A stretch of DNA of 61,891 bases from a virus (IMGVR_UViG_3300044800_000230:1-61891), one strand, 5' to 3'. Positions 51,834-60,594 are shown, counted from the first letter of the stretch. Translations and numbers: made by a program. Notes: generated by a model from the letters alone, not told the origin.

Positions 51834-52919
51834 ATGAAAGGGAGCATATCAAATTACAAAGAAAATCGGTGGAGGATCAGGCTGTATTGGAAGGGTCAGA
51901 GAGTGCAGATTTATCGAAACAAGAGAGGGGAGATCCTCGAAGGGAAGGTTCAGGCTCAAAAGGCTTGGATTCACCTAAATCAGGAGATCGAGGATAAAAT
52001 CTTTGACCTATCAGAATGGACTAAGGAGAAGCCTTTCCTTCTAAAGAACGCCTTTGAGATATTCCAGAAGGCCAAACAGTGTGAACAGGAGTGGAAATAC
52101 GCCAGGGGTAGGGCGTTTAAGAATTACATTAAGCCCCAATTTGGTGACATGGATATACGGGAGATTACCACCACTCACGTCAATCAATTTCATGGGCATC
52201 TCATAAGCAAAGGATTGAAGGGAAAGACGATCAAGAATATTCTTGGGGTCCTTCGTTCAATTCTCCGGTTCAACGGCATTGGTCAAAAGATTATATGGCC
52301 CGTGATTGAGGTCCAGACTGAACCTGTGAAGTGGCTCACCCGGGACCAGCAAGAGATGATCATGGAATATCTGGAAGAAGAGGATAGGGCTATCTTCCGG
52401 TTCCTACAAATCACAGGCTGCCGACCTTCTGAGGCGTGTGCTTTACAGAGGGATGACATTGATTGGAGTCATGGGATTATCACCGTCAGACACAGCATGG
52501 GACTTAGGCGAAGGGTGATTGATCATACAAAGACGTCAAGAATCAAGATTATCCCTATCTCTGTTTTTGGGGAGTATACTTCGATCCTCAAACCTAAAGA
52601 AGTGACTCCTTTTATTTTCAGTCGAGACGGCCGCCCTTACCATAAACAACGCCTTCAAAGGGCGTGGTTAAGAACTGTCAAGAAAGCTCAACAAAAATAT
52701 CCTGTCCCTTCAATCCACGTCAAAAATGCCTTCCGACACTCGATGGCTTCGCAACTCATCAATGCCGGAGTTCCTATCGAAGCGATTTCAAAGATGCTCG
52801 GCCATTCTTCCATCCGTATGACCGAGAAAGTCTATGCCAATATTCTGCCCGAGACAGCTTGGGGATACAGGAAATTAATTTCATTTGAGATAAAAGAAAA
52901 GGCAAATGGCAATTCTTAA
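51834..52919 (+). CDS. int: Tyrosine integrase
   Basis: TGCRPSE, TKT, FRHSMAS, LGHSSIRMT..VY catalytic motifs; start chosen after the GGAGG RBS. Confidence 0.92.
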   Translation: MKGSISNYKENRWRIRLYWKGQRVQIYRNKRGEILEGKVQAQKAWIHLNQEIEDKIFDLSEWTKEKPFLLKNAFEIFQKAKQCEQEWKYARGRAFKNYIKPQFGDMDIREITTTHVNQFHGHLISKGLKGKTIKNILGVLRSILRFNGIGQKIIWPVIEVQTEPVKWLTRDQQEMIMEYLEEEDRAIFRFLQITGCRPSEACALQRDDIDWSHGIITVRHSMGLRRRVIDHTKTSRIKIIPISVFGEYTSILKPKEVTPFIFSRDGRPYHKQRLQRAWLRTVKKAQQKYPVPSIHVKNAFRHSMASQLINAGVPIEAISKMLGHSSIRMTEKVYANILPETAWGYRKLISFEIKEKANGNS

Positions 52920-53463
52920 AGACAAAGTGATAGTTGATCTATGCTCTGGTAGCGGGAATTGGTCAGAACCATATAGGAAGGCTGGATATATTGTTATTCG
53001 ACACGATATTGCAATGGGGCCAGATCACGATGTTCGATTCTTGCCAAAGCCTAAAATAAAAACTTACTGTGTTCTTGCTGCCCCCCCTTGCACTTATTTT
53101 GCTTCATCCGGTGCAAGATGGAAAAGAACTTCAGCGGAAATGATTGAGGGTTTATCGGTTGTTGATGCATGTTTGAGATATATAATTTTTTCAAACCCCC
53201 ATTTCTGGGCCTTGGAAAATCCAGTAGGGAAATTAAGTTCGTTTTTAGGTAAACCCGATTATTATTTTGACCCATGTGATTTTGGTGATTCTTATACTAA
53301 AAAAACTTGTCTTTGGGGAAAGTTCAATAAACCGATACTGAAACCTGTTCAACCGGTAGGTAAAAATCCAATCCATTTTATGTCACCATCCCCAAATCGG
53401 GGGATTAACAGAAGCATTACACCATTAAAATTTGCAGAGGCATTTTTTGAAGCAAATCAATGA
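52906..53463 (+). CDS. Short C5-cytosine DNA methyltransferase-like protein
   Basis: DLCSGSG, AAPPCT, LENP, KKTCLWG. Confidence 0.75.
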   Translation: MAILKDKVIVDLCSGSGNWSEPYRKAGYIVIRHDIAMGPDHDVRFLPKPKIKTYCVLAAPPCTYFASSGARWKRTSAEMIEGLSVVDACLRYIIFSNPHFWALENPVGKLSSFLGKPDYYFDPCDFGDSYTKKTCLWGKFNKPILKPVQPVGKNPIHFMSPSPNRGINRSITPLKFAEAFFEANQ

Positions 53464-53690
53464 ATGGGTCACAAATGGGTCATAATTCTGGAACTACATC
53501 GTAAGGGGTTAAAATTACAATGGAAATAAATATTGACACGAGGTTCGACTCCTCGTCCCCCAATTCACATTCCTTTTTAATTTCCAGTATTAAACCCCGT
53601 TTTCAAACCACCAAACCAAATTCATTAATCATCTTAAACAACTACAAACCTGACATCAATGTTTATGCTGTGTCGCCAATGGGTCCCAGC
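53463..53690 (+). other. attP-like region with tRNA/tmRNA 3'-end core and arm-type repeats
   Basis: T-arm CGAGG-TTCGACT-CCTCG then TCCCCCA (53539-53562); AATGGGTC twice near 53463-53482 and once near 53679. Confidence 0.6.
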
Positions 53691-53701
53691 AAGGAGATAC
53701 C

Positions 53702-54100
53702 ATGAATCGAATTATAAAATTTAGGGCGTGGGACAAGGAAGAGAATGTAATGGGTGAAGTGATAACTATGGATTTAATGGATGCTGGTTCAATCCGTTAT
53801 TTTTTAGACAATTCTAACGATATTTATGACCAATATAAAGAAAAATGTGAACTCATGCAATTCACTGGTCTCCTCGACAAGAATGGGAAGGAAATTTATG
53901 AAGGGGATATTATCAGGGAAGATGAATTTATCGGTGATGTACGATTTTTGCACGGATCTTTTCTTATCTGGTATGGAAATGTTCCTAATGATTGGTGTCA
54001 CGAATATATCCCCTGTTATGTCGAAACAGATCAGCTTAAAGATGGTGAAGTCATCGGAAATATTTATTCTAATCCTGAACTCCTCAAGGAGATAACATAA
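53702..54100 (+). CDS. YopX family protein
   Basis: IKFRAWDK, LMQFTGLLDKNGKEIYEGDI, EVIGNIYSNPELL. Confidence 0.9.
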   Translation: MNRIIKFRAWDKEENVMGEVITMDLMDAGSIRYFLDNSNDIYDQYKEKCELMQFTGLLDKNGKEIYEGDIIREDEFIGDVRFLHGSFLIWYGNVPNDWCHEYIPCYVETDQLKDGEVIGNIYSNPELLKEIT

Positions 54101-55305
54101 AAACACTTAAAGATTACCTATTCTATCGGGATGATTGGTCCACCATCTATTGTGGGGATTGTTTGGAAGTGATGAAAACCTTTTCTGAAAATTTAGTTGA
54201 TAGTGTTGTAACCGATCCTCCTTATGAACTTGGTTTTATGGGCAAGGCATGGGATAAAACGGGAATTGCTTACAATGTTGATATGTGGAAAGAAATTTTA
54301 AGGGTGTTGAAACCAGGCGGATACTTGCTTTCTTTTGGTGGTACCCGAACCTATCACCGTATGGCTTGTGCGATTGAAGATGCGGGGTTTGAGATAAGGG
54401 ATATGGTGGAATGGATGTATGGGAGCGGATTCCCGAAGTCGCTGAATATAGGCAAAACAATAGATAAGTTACAGGGGAATGGGAGGGAAGTGATTGGAAC
54501 AAAACAACACGCAAAAAAGGATTTTAAAAATAATCTTTATGCACAAGATTCAGCAAATAGAAATAATAAAAAAATATTTGGATATGGAAAAGAAGAATTA
54601 ACTAAAGGCAATTCCGACTGGGAAGGTTGGGGAACTGCCCTTAAACCAGCCCATGAACCTATCTGTATGGCAAGAAAGCCATTAAGTGAAAAGACCGTTG
54701 CCGAGAATGTCCTGAAATGGGGAACGGGGGGAATAAATGTTGATGGATGTAGGGTGCCGACCAATAGGGACAACGTAAACTCTCGCAAGGATAAGTCAGG
54801 GGGATGTGAATTTTTTATGAAAGGCGACAAGAGAGGCGAAACAGAATGGAATGGCGTACAAGGTCGCTTTCCCGCCAACCTCATCCACGATGGGAGTGAG
54901 GAAGTGGTGGAATTGTTTCTGGTAATAGGTAAAACGCATGGTGGTAGAAGTGGAAAACAATCAAATGGTATTTTTGGAAAATTTGGTGGTGAATATCAAG
55001 ATATAGGCGATTCCGGTTCCGCCGCCCGCTTCTTTTATTGTGCGAAGGCTTCAAAGAATGAACGAGGCAATGGCAACAATCATCCCACTGTCAAACCTAT
55101 TGTCCTTATGAAATATCTTATAAAACTTATTACCCCACCAAACGGAATAGTCCTCGATAATTTTATGGGAAGTGGATCAATTGGAAAGGCAGCAATATTA
55201 GAAGGATTTAATTTTATTGGAATTGAGAATGAGGGAAAATATTGTGAGATTTCAGTGAAGAGATTAAGGCAAGAGGTATTTGATTTTAGGAAGGAGCCCT
55301 CATGA
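54097..55305 (+). CDS. N4/N6 DNA methyltransferase (beta class)
   Basis: IYCGDCLE, VTDPPY, HPTVKP, VLDNFMGSGS; probable ATA start at 54097 (ORF track starts at 54163). Confidence 0.88.
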   Translation: MKTLKDYLFYRDDWSTIYCGDCLEVMKTFSENLVDSVVTDPPYELGFMGKAWDKTGIAYNVDMWKEILRVLKPGGYLLSFGGTRTYHRMACAIEDAGFEIRDMVEWMYGSGFPKSLNIGKTIDKLQGNGREVIGTKQHAKKDFKNNLYAQDSANRNNKKIFGYGKEELTKGNSDWEGWGTALKPAHEPICMARKPLSEKTVAENVLKWGTGGINVDGCRVPTNRDNVNSRKDKSGGCEFFMKGDKRGETEWNGVQGRFPANLIHDGSEEVVELFLVIGKTHGGRSGKQSNGIFGKFGGEYQDIGDSGSAARFFYCAKASKNERGNGNNHPTVKPIVLMKYLIKLITPPNGIVLDNFMGSGSIGKAAILEGFNFIGIENEGKYCEISVKRLRQEVFDFRKEPS

Positions 55306-55573
55306 CACCTTTGGGTAAGCTCATTTTAGTGTGCCTCATATTTTGGGGAATCGTCATCGCGATGATTGTTAGGGGATGCGGATGAAATATGGGTCAGTGC
55401 ATCGAGGGCATTTTGTTTACACACCCAAACTGGAACCGGATGAAAGCAAGGGATCAGGACAAAATGAGCGACCTGGACACTGGCTCTCAATATTATCCCC
55501 GGCCTGGCTAAGGATTTTTCCTCCTTGGCAGGAACCCTCCCTGCAAATGCTGGGTCGGGGATAGGAGGTAATT

Positions 55574-56242
55574 ATCGGTAAAGCTCCTGCATTTCAATTC
55601 TATGTAAAAGACTGGTTAAGCGATCCAGAGCTTCAATGTGTATCAGCTTCCTCAAGAGGTTTGTGGATTGATGCCCTTTGCTATATGTGGGAAGCCCCAG
55701 AGAGAGGAAGGTTAACCGCAACGACAGAAGAACTTTCCAAATTACTCAGGGCTACCAATGGAGATTTCACACAATTCTTAAATGATCTAAAACGTCACAA
55801 ATTTGGTGATGTGACAATTCGTGACAACGAAGTGACATTAATAAATAGAAGGATGTTTAGGGAGCAAAAAGATAAAGAAAATCATATATTACGCCAAAAG
55901 AAGTATAGAACCAAACAAAAAAGTGACAAAGAAATGACGCCCCCTTCTTCTTCTTCATCTCCTTCTCCTACTCCAATACAAAAGAAAATATATAAAAGAA
56001 AAGTATTGTCTGATGATGAATTCTTAGCTTCTCTTAAAGAGAAATTCACCTGGATAGATTGGGAACAGACGATGATTAAGATGGATGCCTGGTTAATGGC
56101 TAATCCGGGAAGAAAAAAGACAAGGCGCTTTATTGTAAATTGGATAAATAAGATTGAAAAACCACTCAAAATAAAATCAAACATTGAAGGGGATTATCCA
56201 AGGGCGAGGGATGTTTTGAAAAAACAGGGGATAGAATATTGA
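55574..56242 (+). CDS. Replication initiator (DUF1376/YdaU-like)
   Basis: GKAPAFQFYVKDWLSD...SRGLWIDALCYMW, NRRM; probable ATC/ATT start. Confidence 0.7.
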   Translation: MGKAPAFQFYVKDWLSDPELQCVSASSRGLWIDALCYMWEAPERGRLTATTEELSKLLRATNGDFTQFLNDLKRHKFGDVTIRDNEVTLINRRMFREQKDKENHILRQKKYRTKQKSDKEMTPPSSSSSPSPTPIQKKIYKRKVLSDDEFLASLKEKFTWIDWEQTMIKMDAWLMANPGRKKTRRFIVNWINKIEKPLKIKSNIEGDYPRARDVLKKQGIEY

Positions 56243-56489
56243 AAGGAGGAGTTATGGGACTAACACAACAGGACTTTAATTTAGTTAAAGGAATATCAGA
56301 TTCAGTAGAAAAAATTCTAAAATTATTAGAGGGGAAAATGACATTAGAACCAGAGGAGAAGCCAAAGGAAAAGTGTTGGTGTGATATGGATAAAGTTCTT
56401 TTTTGGAATTATAGAAAAGAGGGATTAATGCCATATCCAAATATTTTAAAACCAAATTTTTGTCCTGTCTGTGGTAAGCCAAAGAAGGA

Positions 56490-56813
56490 ATGGGCCAAAT
56501 GATGCAAAAACTGAAGGATCGTAAGCGATCAGAAGCGGAGATCACCAAAGAGATCCGGGTATATCTCAAAATCAAAGGGGTTTGGCATTACAAACAATGG
56601 CAGGGATTAGGTTCGCTTCATGGAATAGCCGACATAATAGGGATTTATGGGGGTCAATATCTTGCCATAGAAGTGAAAAGGGAAGGTGGGAAACTCTCCG
56701 ATAAGCAATACTTTTTCCTCCAGAGAGTTAGAAAATTAGGGGGTCTTGCTTTTGTGGCCCGATCTCTTGAAGATGTTGACAACGGGTTGGCCGGAGAAGG
56801 AAAGCTTGAATGA
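56490..56813 (+). CDS. VRR-NUC domain nuclease
   Basis: SEAEI, GIADI, AIEVKREGGKLSDKQ..FL, ARSLEDV. Confidence 0.85.
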   Translation: MGQMMQKLKDRKRSEAEITKEIRVYLKIKGVWHYKQWQGLGSLHGIADIIGIYGGQYLAIEVKREGGKLSDKQYFFLQRVRKLGGLAFVARSLEDVDNGLAGEGKLE

Positions 56814-57225
56814 CCAATCATGACAAAGGGTTTGTCTTTGAATATCGCGATAAATTTAAGGGTGACAAGAAACTGCCGTGCCTCAAATGTTCTGATAGAA
56901 GGATATTGGCGTGTTCGAAGATAAAACTAAACGGGAAGATTGGGTGTGTGAAATTTAACAAATATGTCAGCCCGAGGGATGGGAGGAGGTGAGAAAATGG
57001 AAAAGACTAAAGTGCAAGAAGCAATTTTGGAATATCAAAAGAAGCTCATCGAGCATTCTAAGATTGAAAAGGAATCTTCTGAGATTACTAAATCCATTTC
57101 TTTGCCAGAAAAGCGAGTTGAGTTATCACTGGAAGAAGTAACGGAAGCAAGAAAGAAGATGATTTTGGCAATTCAGAAAGAATGTGGTTGTTAATCAATG
57201 CGGGATTCTAATGGGAGGAGGTGAA

Positions 57226-57290
57226 TTGGGTTACATTTTCTTCGATTTGATTATTTTAGATTCGGTTTCCTTAATTTAAATTCAATTCAC
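57226..57290 (+). repeat. TT-NNN pentamer array 1 (13 units), putative guide ncRNA
   Basis: TTGGG TTACA TTTTC TTCGA TTTGA TTATT TTAGA TTCGG TTTCC TTAAT TTAAA TTCAA TTCAC, then TAAAAGGAGG. Confidence 0.9.
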
Positions 57291-57305
57291 TAAAAGGAGG
57301 TTATT

Positions 57306-57569
57306 ATGCAAAGAGATTCAGAGAAATCAAGGAAAAGTTGGGAATTAGGGAATGAAATTATTGTTAAATATTTGGAGGGGAAAATTGAGGGGACCGATAA
57401 AATCAGGGTTGCCCAAACGGCCTGTAATATCCATGCCCGAATGGTGGCAAGCGAGGCCAACATGGAAACGAATAGGCTGGTATTGGGCAAGATGATTTAT
57501 TCGGATGAAAAAGAATTGAAAAAATATATTCAGAGTTCCATGCCCCAGATGATGATTGAGAAGAAGTGA
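57306..57569 (+). CDS. Hypothetical helical protein between arrays 1 and 2
   Basis: AAGGAGG RBS; 87 aa. Confidence 0.7.
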   Translation: MQRDSEKSRKSWELGNEIIVKYLEGKIEGTDKIRVAQTACNIHARMVASEANMETNRLVLGKMIYSDEKELKKYIQSSMPQMMIEKK

Positions 57570-57570
57570 G

Positions 57571-57670
57571 TTGTTTTGGGTTGGATTAGGTTGTTTTTTA
57601 TTATGTTGCTTTCCTTTGGATTACTTTTGTTTAGGTTACGTTCGATTTAATTTAATTGTATTCATTTTAA
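57571..57670 (+). repeat. TT-NNN pentamer array 2 (20 units), putative guide ncRNA
   Basis: TTGTT TTGGG TTGGA TTAGG TTGTT TTTTA TTATG TTGCT TTCCT TTGGA TTACT TTTGT TTAGG TTACG TTCGA TTTAA TTTAA TTGTA TTCAT TTTAA, then AAAGGAGG. Confidence 0.92.
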
Positions 57671-57684
57671 AAAGGAGGTCTATC

Positions 57685-58233
57685 ATGTATGAAATCGAAA
57701 GAGAATTAGAATCATTGTGTCCATATTTACAGAATAAACCGAAACAGAGGGAATTCATTCTTGATAAAGATGGAAAATGGGTAGAGAAACCAGAACCGAC
57801 CATCAAGAGAAATCGGGTTGATCCCGAAGAGGCTGGCTATCATGACGAAAAAGGATGGTATATCCCATCAAGGCAGATTTGGGCATCCATGAGAAATTCA
57901 TCTGGTCAGGTTCAACTTGGGAAGAGTAAATTAAACAGGCTTTCTAAGTTTTATATTGCTACGGTTCGGGTTGAACCAGCACAAATTTACATCCACAAGA
58001 AAAAACCCGATGCGATTTACAATGACCCCTGTTTTAAAGAAAGCAAAAAGGGTGGGGAAATGGTTTATAATCCTCGGCCTATGTTCAATTCTTGGAAGGC
58101 AAAAATCAAAATCGTTGTTTTGGAAGATTCGATTCCAGAAGAGAAGATTGAGGAATGTTTGATTTATGCCGGACTCTATAAGGGCATTGGATCAAGAGCA
58201 CCGGAATTTGGGAGGTTTAGGATTGTGAAATGA
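57685..58233 (+). CDS. RAMP/Cas7-like protein, copy 1 (182 aa)
   Basis: Beta1 ELESLCPYL, WYIPSRQIWASMR (cf. IPGSSxKGxxR of Cas7/Csm3), C-terminal G-rich loop GLYKGIGSRAPEFGRF. Confidence 0.7.
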   Translation: MYEIERELESLCPYLQNKPKQREFILDKDGKWVEKPEPTIKRNRVDPEEAGYHDEKGWYIPSRQIWASMRNSSGQVQLGKSKLNRLSKFYIATVRVEPAQIYIHKKKPDAIYNDPCFKESKKGGEMVYNPRPMFNSWKAKIKIVVLEDSIPEEKIEECLIYAGLYKGIGSRAPEFGRFRIVK

Positions 58234-58234
58234 C

Positions 58235-58319
58235 TTTGTTTGGATTTTATTATGTTGCTTTCCTTTGGATTACTTTTGTTTAGGTTACGTTCGATTTAAT
58301 TTAATTGTATTCATTTTAA
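58235..58319 (+). repeat. TT-NNN pentamer array 3 (17 units, chimera of arrays 4 and 2)
   Basis: TTTGT TTGGA, then the last 15 units of array 2 (TTTTA...TTTAA), all in register. Confidence 0.9.
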
Positions 58320-58333
58320 AAAGGAGGTCTATC

Positions 58334-58882
58334 ATGTATGAAATCGAAAGAGAATTAGAATCATTGTGTCCATATTTACAGAATAAACCGAAACAGAGGG
58401 AATTCATTCTTGATAAAGATGGAAAATGGGTAGAGAAACCAGAACCGACCATCAAGAGAAATCGGGTTGATCCCGAAGAGGCTGGCTATCATGACGAAAA
58501 AGGATGGTATATCCCATCAAGGCAGATTTGGGCATCCATGAGAAATTCATCTGGTCAGGTTCAACTTGGGAAGAGTAAATTAAACAGGCTTTCTAAGTTT
58601 TATATTGCTACGGTTCGGGTTGAACCAGCACAAATTTACATCCACAAGAAAAAACCCGATGCGATTTACAATGACCCCTGTTTTAAAGAAAGCAAAAAGG
58701 GTGGGGAAATGGTTTATAATCCTCGGCCTATGTTCAATTCTTGGAAGGCAAAAATCAAAATCGTTGTTTTGGAAGATTCGATTCCAGAAGAGAAGATTGA
58801 GGAATGTTTGATTTATGCCGGACTCTATAAGGGCATTGGATCAAGAGCACCGGAATTTGGGAGGTTTAGGATTGTGAAATGA
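58334..58882 (+). CDS. RAMP/Cas7-like protein, copy 2 (identical)
   Basis: Translation identical to copy 1. Confidence 0.7.
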   Translation: MYEIERELESLCPYLQNKPKQREFILDKDGKWVEKPEPTIKRNRVDPEEAGYHDEKGWYIPSRQIWASMRNSSGQVQLGKSKLNRLSKFYIATVRVEPAQIYIHKKKPDAIYNDPCFKESKKGGEMVYNPRPMFNSWKAKIKIVVLEDSIPEEKIEECLIYAGLYKGIGSRAPEFGRFRIVK

Positions 58883-58883
58883 C

Positions 58884-58933
58884 TTTGTTTGGATTTTATT
58901 TTTTTTGGTTGATTTTGATTATATTATTTTATT
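58884..58933 (+). repeat. TT-NNN pentamer array 4 (10 units)
   Basis: TTTGT TTGGA TTTTA TTTTT TTTGG TTGAT TTTGA TTATA TTATT TTATT. Confidence 0.8.
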
Positions 58934-59113
58934 AAGCTTGGGTTTGTCAAATATACAATCGCCAAATTAAGAATTTATTAGATTCTAAGCAAAAAGCATT
59001 TGAACTTGCAGAATCTGAATGGAAGGAATCAAGAATGAAAATGATTTCAGCGATAAATGAGGATGCGGAATTGTGTGGAAATGAATGAGGGATTATAATG
59101 GAAGGAGGTTATT

Positions 59114-59392
59114 ATGGAAAAAAGAATTTTTAAAGCTGGTAAAGGGAGTAGTTTTGATGATGAAAAGGCACAGGTTTATGGGGAATTTCTCTGGAAGATG
59201 AGGGAAGAAAATGGCGATGTTTTAACTCCACATCAGATTGTCGACAAGGCCAAACCCAAAAATTCCCCGATCCATGAATATTTTGAATGGGATGATGGGA
59301 TTGCCTCGGAGAAATATCGAATTTGGCAGGCTCGTTATCTCATCGGTCTGGTAAAGTTTTATCTCATTGACATTCCCCTTTCACCCAAATAA
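59114..59392 (+). CDS. Conserved phage protein (LTP...SPIH.YFEWDD..A.EKYR..QAR family), possibly C-terminally truncated
   Basis: Recognisable motif; GGAGG RBS; downstream of the RAMP genes. Confidence 0.6.
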   Translation: MEKRIFKAGKGSSFDDEKAQVYGEFLWKMREENGDVLTPHQIVDKAKPKNSPIHEYFEWDDGIASEKYRIWQARYLIGLVKFYLIDIPLSPK

Positions 59393-59885
59393 GATGAAGG
59401 AAAAAGGAGGGTGAGAAGATGAGTTCGGGAAGAATGATCCAACTTGAAGGATCTCCTAAAGATAAAAAGAAAGAATTTTGGGAAGGTAAAAGGATTATGA
59501 TTTCTGGACAAGCGACTACAGCCCTTAATATTCCCAGTGAGAACGGAATATTGACATTTTACCCCACAGGAAAATTTGCAGAATTAGGTATTGAAATATG
59601 GGCAACAGCAATATTGAGGTCTTAAGGGAGGGTGAGAAGATGACAATCACTGATGAGATTGATAATAAAATCTCTGAATTTATAGGAAGAACAGGCAAGG
59701 AACCGACAAGTATTTATCTTGGTAAAAGCGAATGGAATTATCTTATGGGCTGGGCTAAAAATTGCTGCCAGCATTCTTATCCTTTAAATGGAAAAGATAT
59801 TCCAGAATATAAAGGGAAACAAATATTTCAGGTAATCGCTGATTCTCATTTGGGTATTGGATGAAGGAAAAGGAGGGGGAAGAGA

Positions 59886-60358
59886 TGAAGAAATTATTTC
59901 TGTTGGCGATGATTGGGTTGTTGGTGAGCGGGTGTGTGGGTGCCACAGGATGGGTAAAGGGGGACGGTCAACCATTTGATCAAGCACAATTTGAGAAAGA
60001 CAGGGAAGAATGTAATAGAGGATGGGGCATATGCCTAACGGTAGATATTCTAATTACGGGAGGATTCGTTTCTCTAATCCACTACTTTGAAGCCAGGCAT
60101 TGTATAACAACAAAAGGATACGTAAGAGAAAATTCTAAAGAAGAAGCAATTCAAAATGCATCGAAAGGGAAAACAGAAGGAGAGAAGATAATTCCAAATA
60201 AAGAAAGCCGTGATGAAATTTGGGTGATGGTTTGGCCTGAAGGAAGATTTTATCACCTACCTCCTTGCCCAGTTGTTAAATCCTACAATGGACTGAATAT
60301 GAAATTGAAGGATGCTGAAAAGAGGGGATATATGCCATGCCCTCATTGTATAAAATAA
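59886..60358 (+). CDS. Lipoprotein with C-terminal Ada-like Zn-binding motif
   Basis: MKKLFLLAMIGLLVSGC lipobox; FYH..PC...AEKRGYMPCPHC. Confidence 0.65.
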
Positions 60359-60594
60359 GGAGGTCAGATGCCCGAGAAAAAGTTAGATGGTGGCTCTTAT
60401 GCTGAAGAGATTGTAAGGATATTTAAACTTGGCAGGTTGGGAAGGAAAATTCTCGCTGAAAAAATAGAATTATTAAAACTCCGTGAACTGGAGCAAAATG
60501 AATTTATTGATTTTCTTAAATTATGGATCACGACTTGGAAGAAAAAGAAATAATCTTCATTGGAGAAAAGTGAAGTGCCCGAGAAAAAGTTAAA

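Larger units (their letters stand above)
57596..58900 (+). repeat. Tandem duplication, period 649 bp (57596-58251 matches 58245-58900)
   Basis: Copies appear identical by eye and give identical translations; 7-nt TTTTATT microhomology at the junction. Confidence 0.92.

Noticed and set aside
53505-53562. Complete tRNA gene
   Set aside because: Only a T-arm and 3' end are present, with too little upstream sequence for D and anticodon arms; treated as an att core.
57556-57684. Hydrophobic N-terminal extension (MRRSELFWVGLGCFLLCC...) of the RAMP ORF, suggesting a membrane anchor; likewise 58265-58333
   Set aside because: It is translation through the T-rich pentamer array; the strong AAGGAGG RBS points to ATG 57685 and ATG 58334.
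57200-59000. Canonical CRISPR array or cas operon
   Set aside because: I found no 23-47 bp repeats with unique spacers and no recognisable cas1/2/3/5/6/8/10 in the window.
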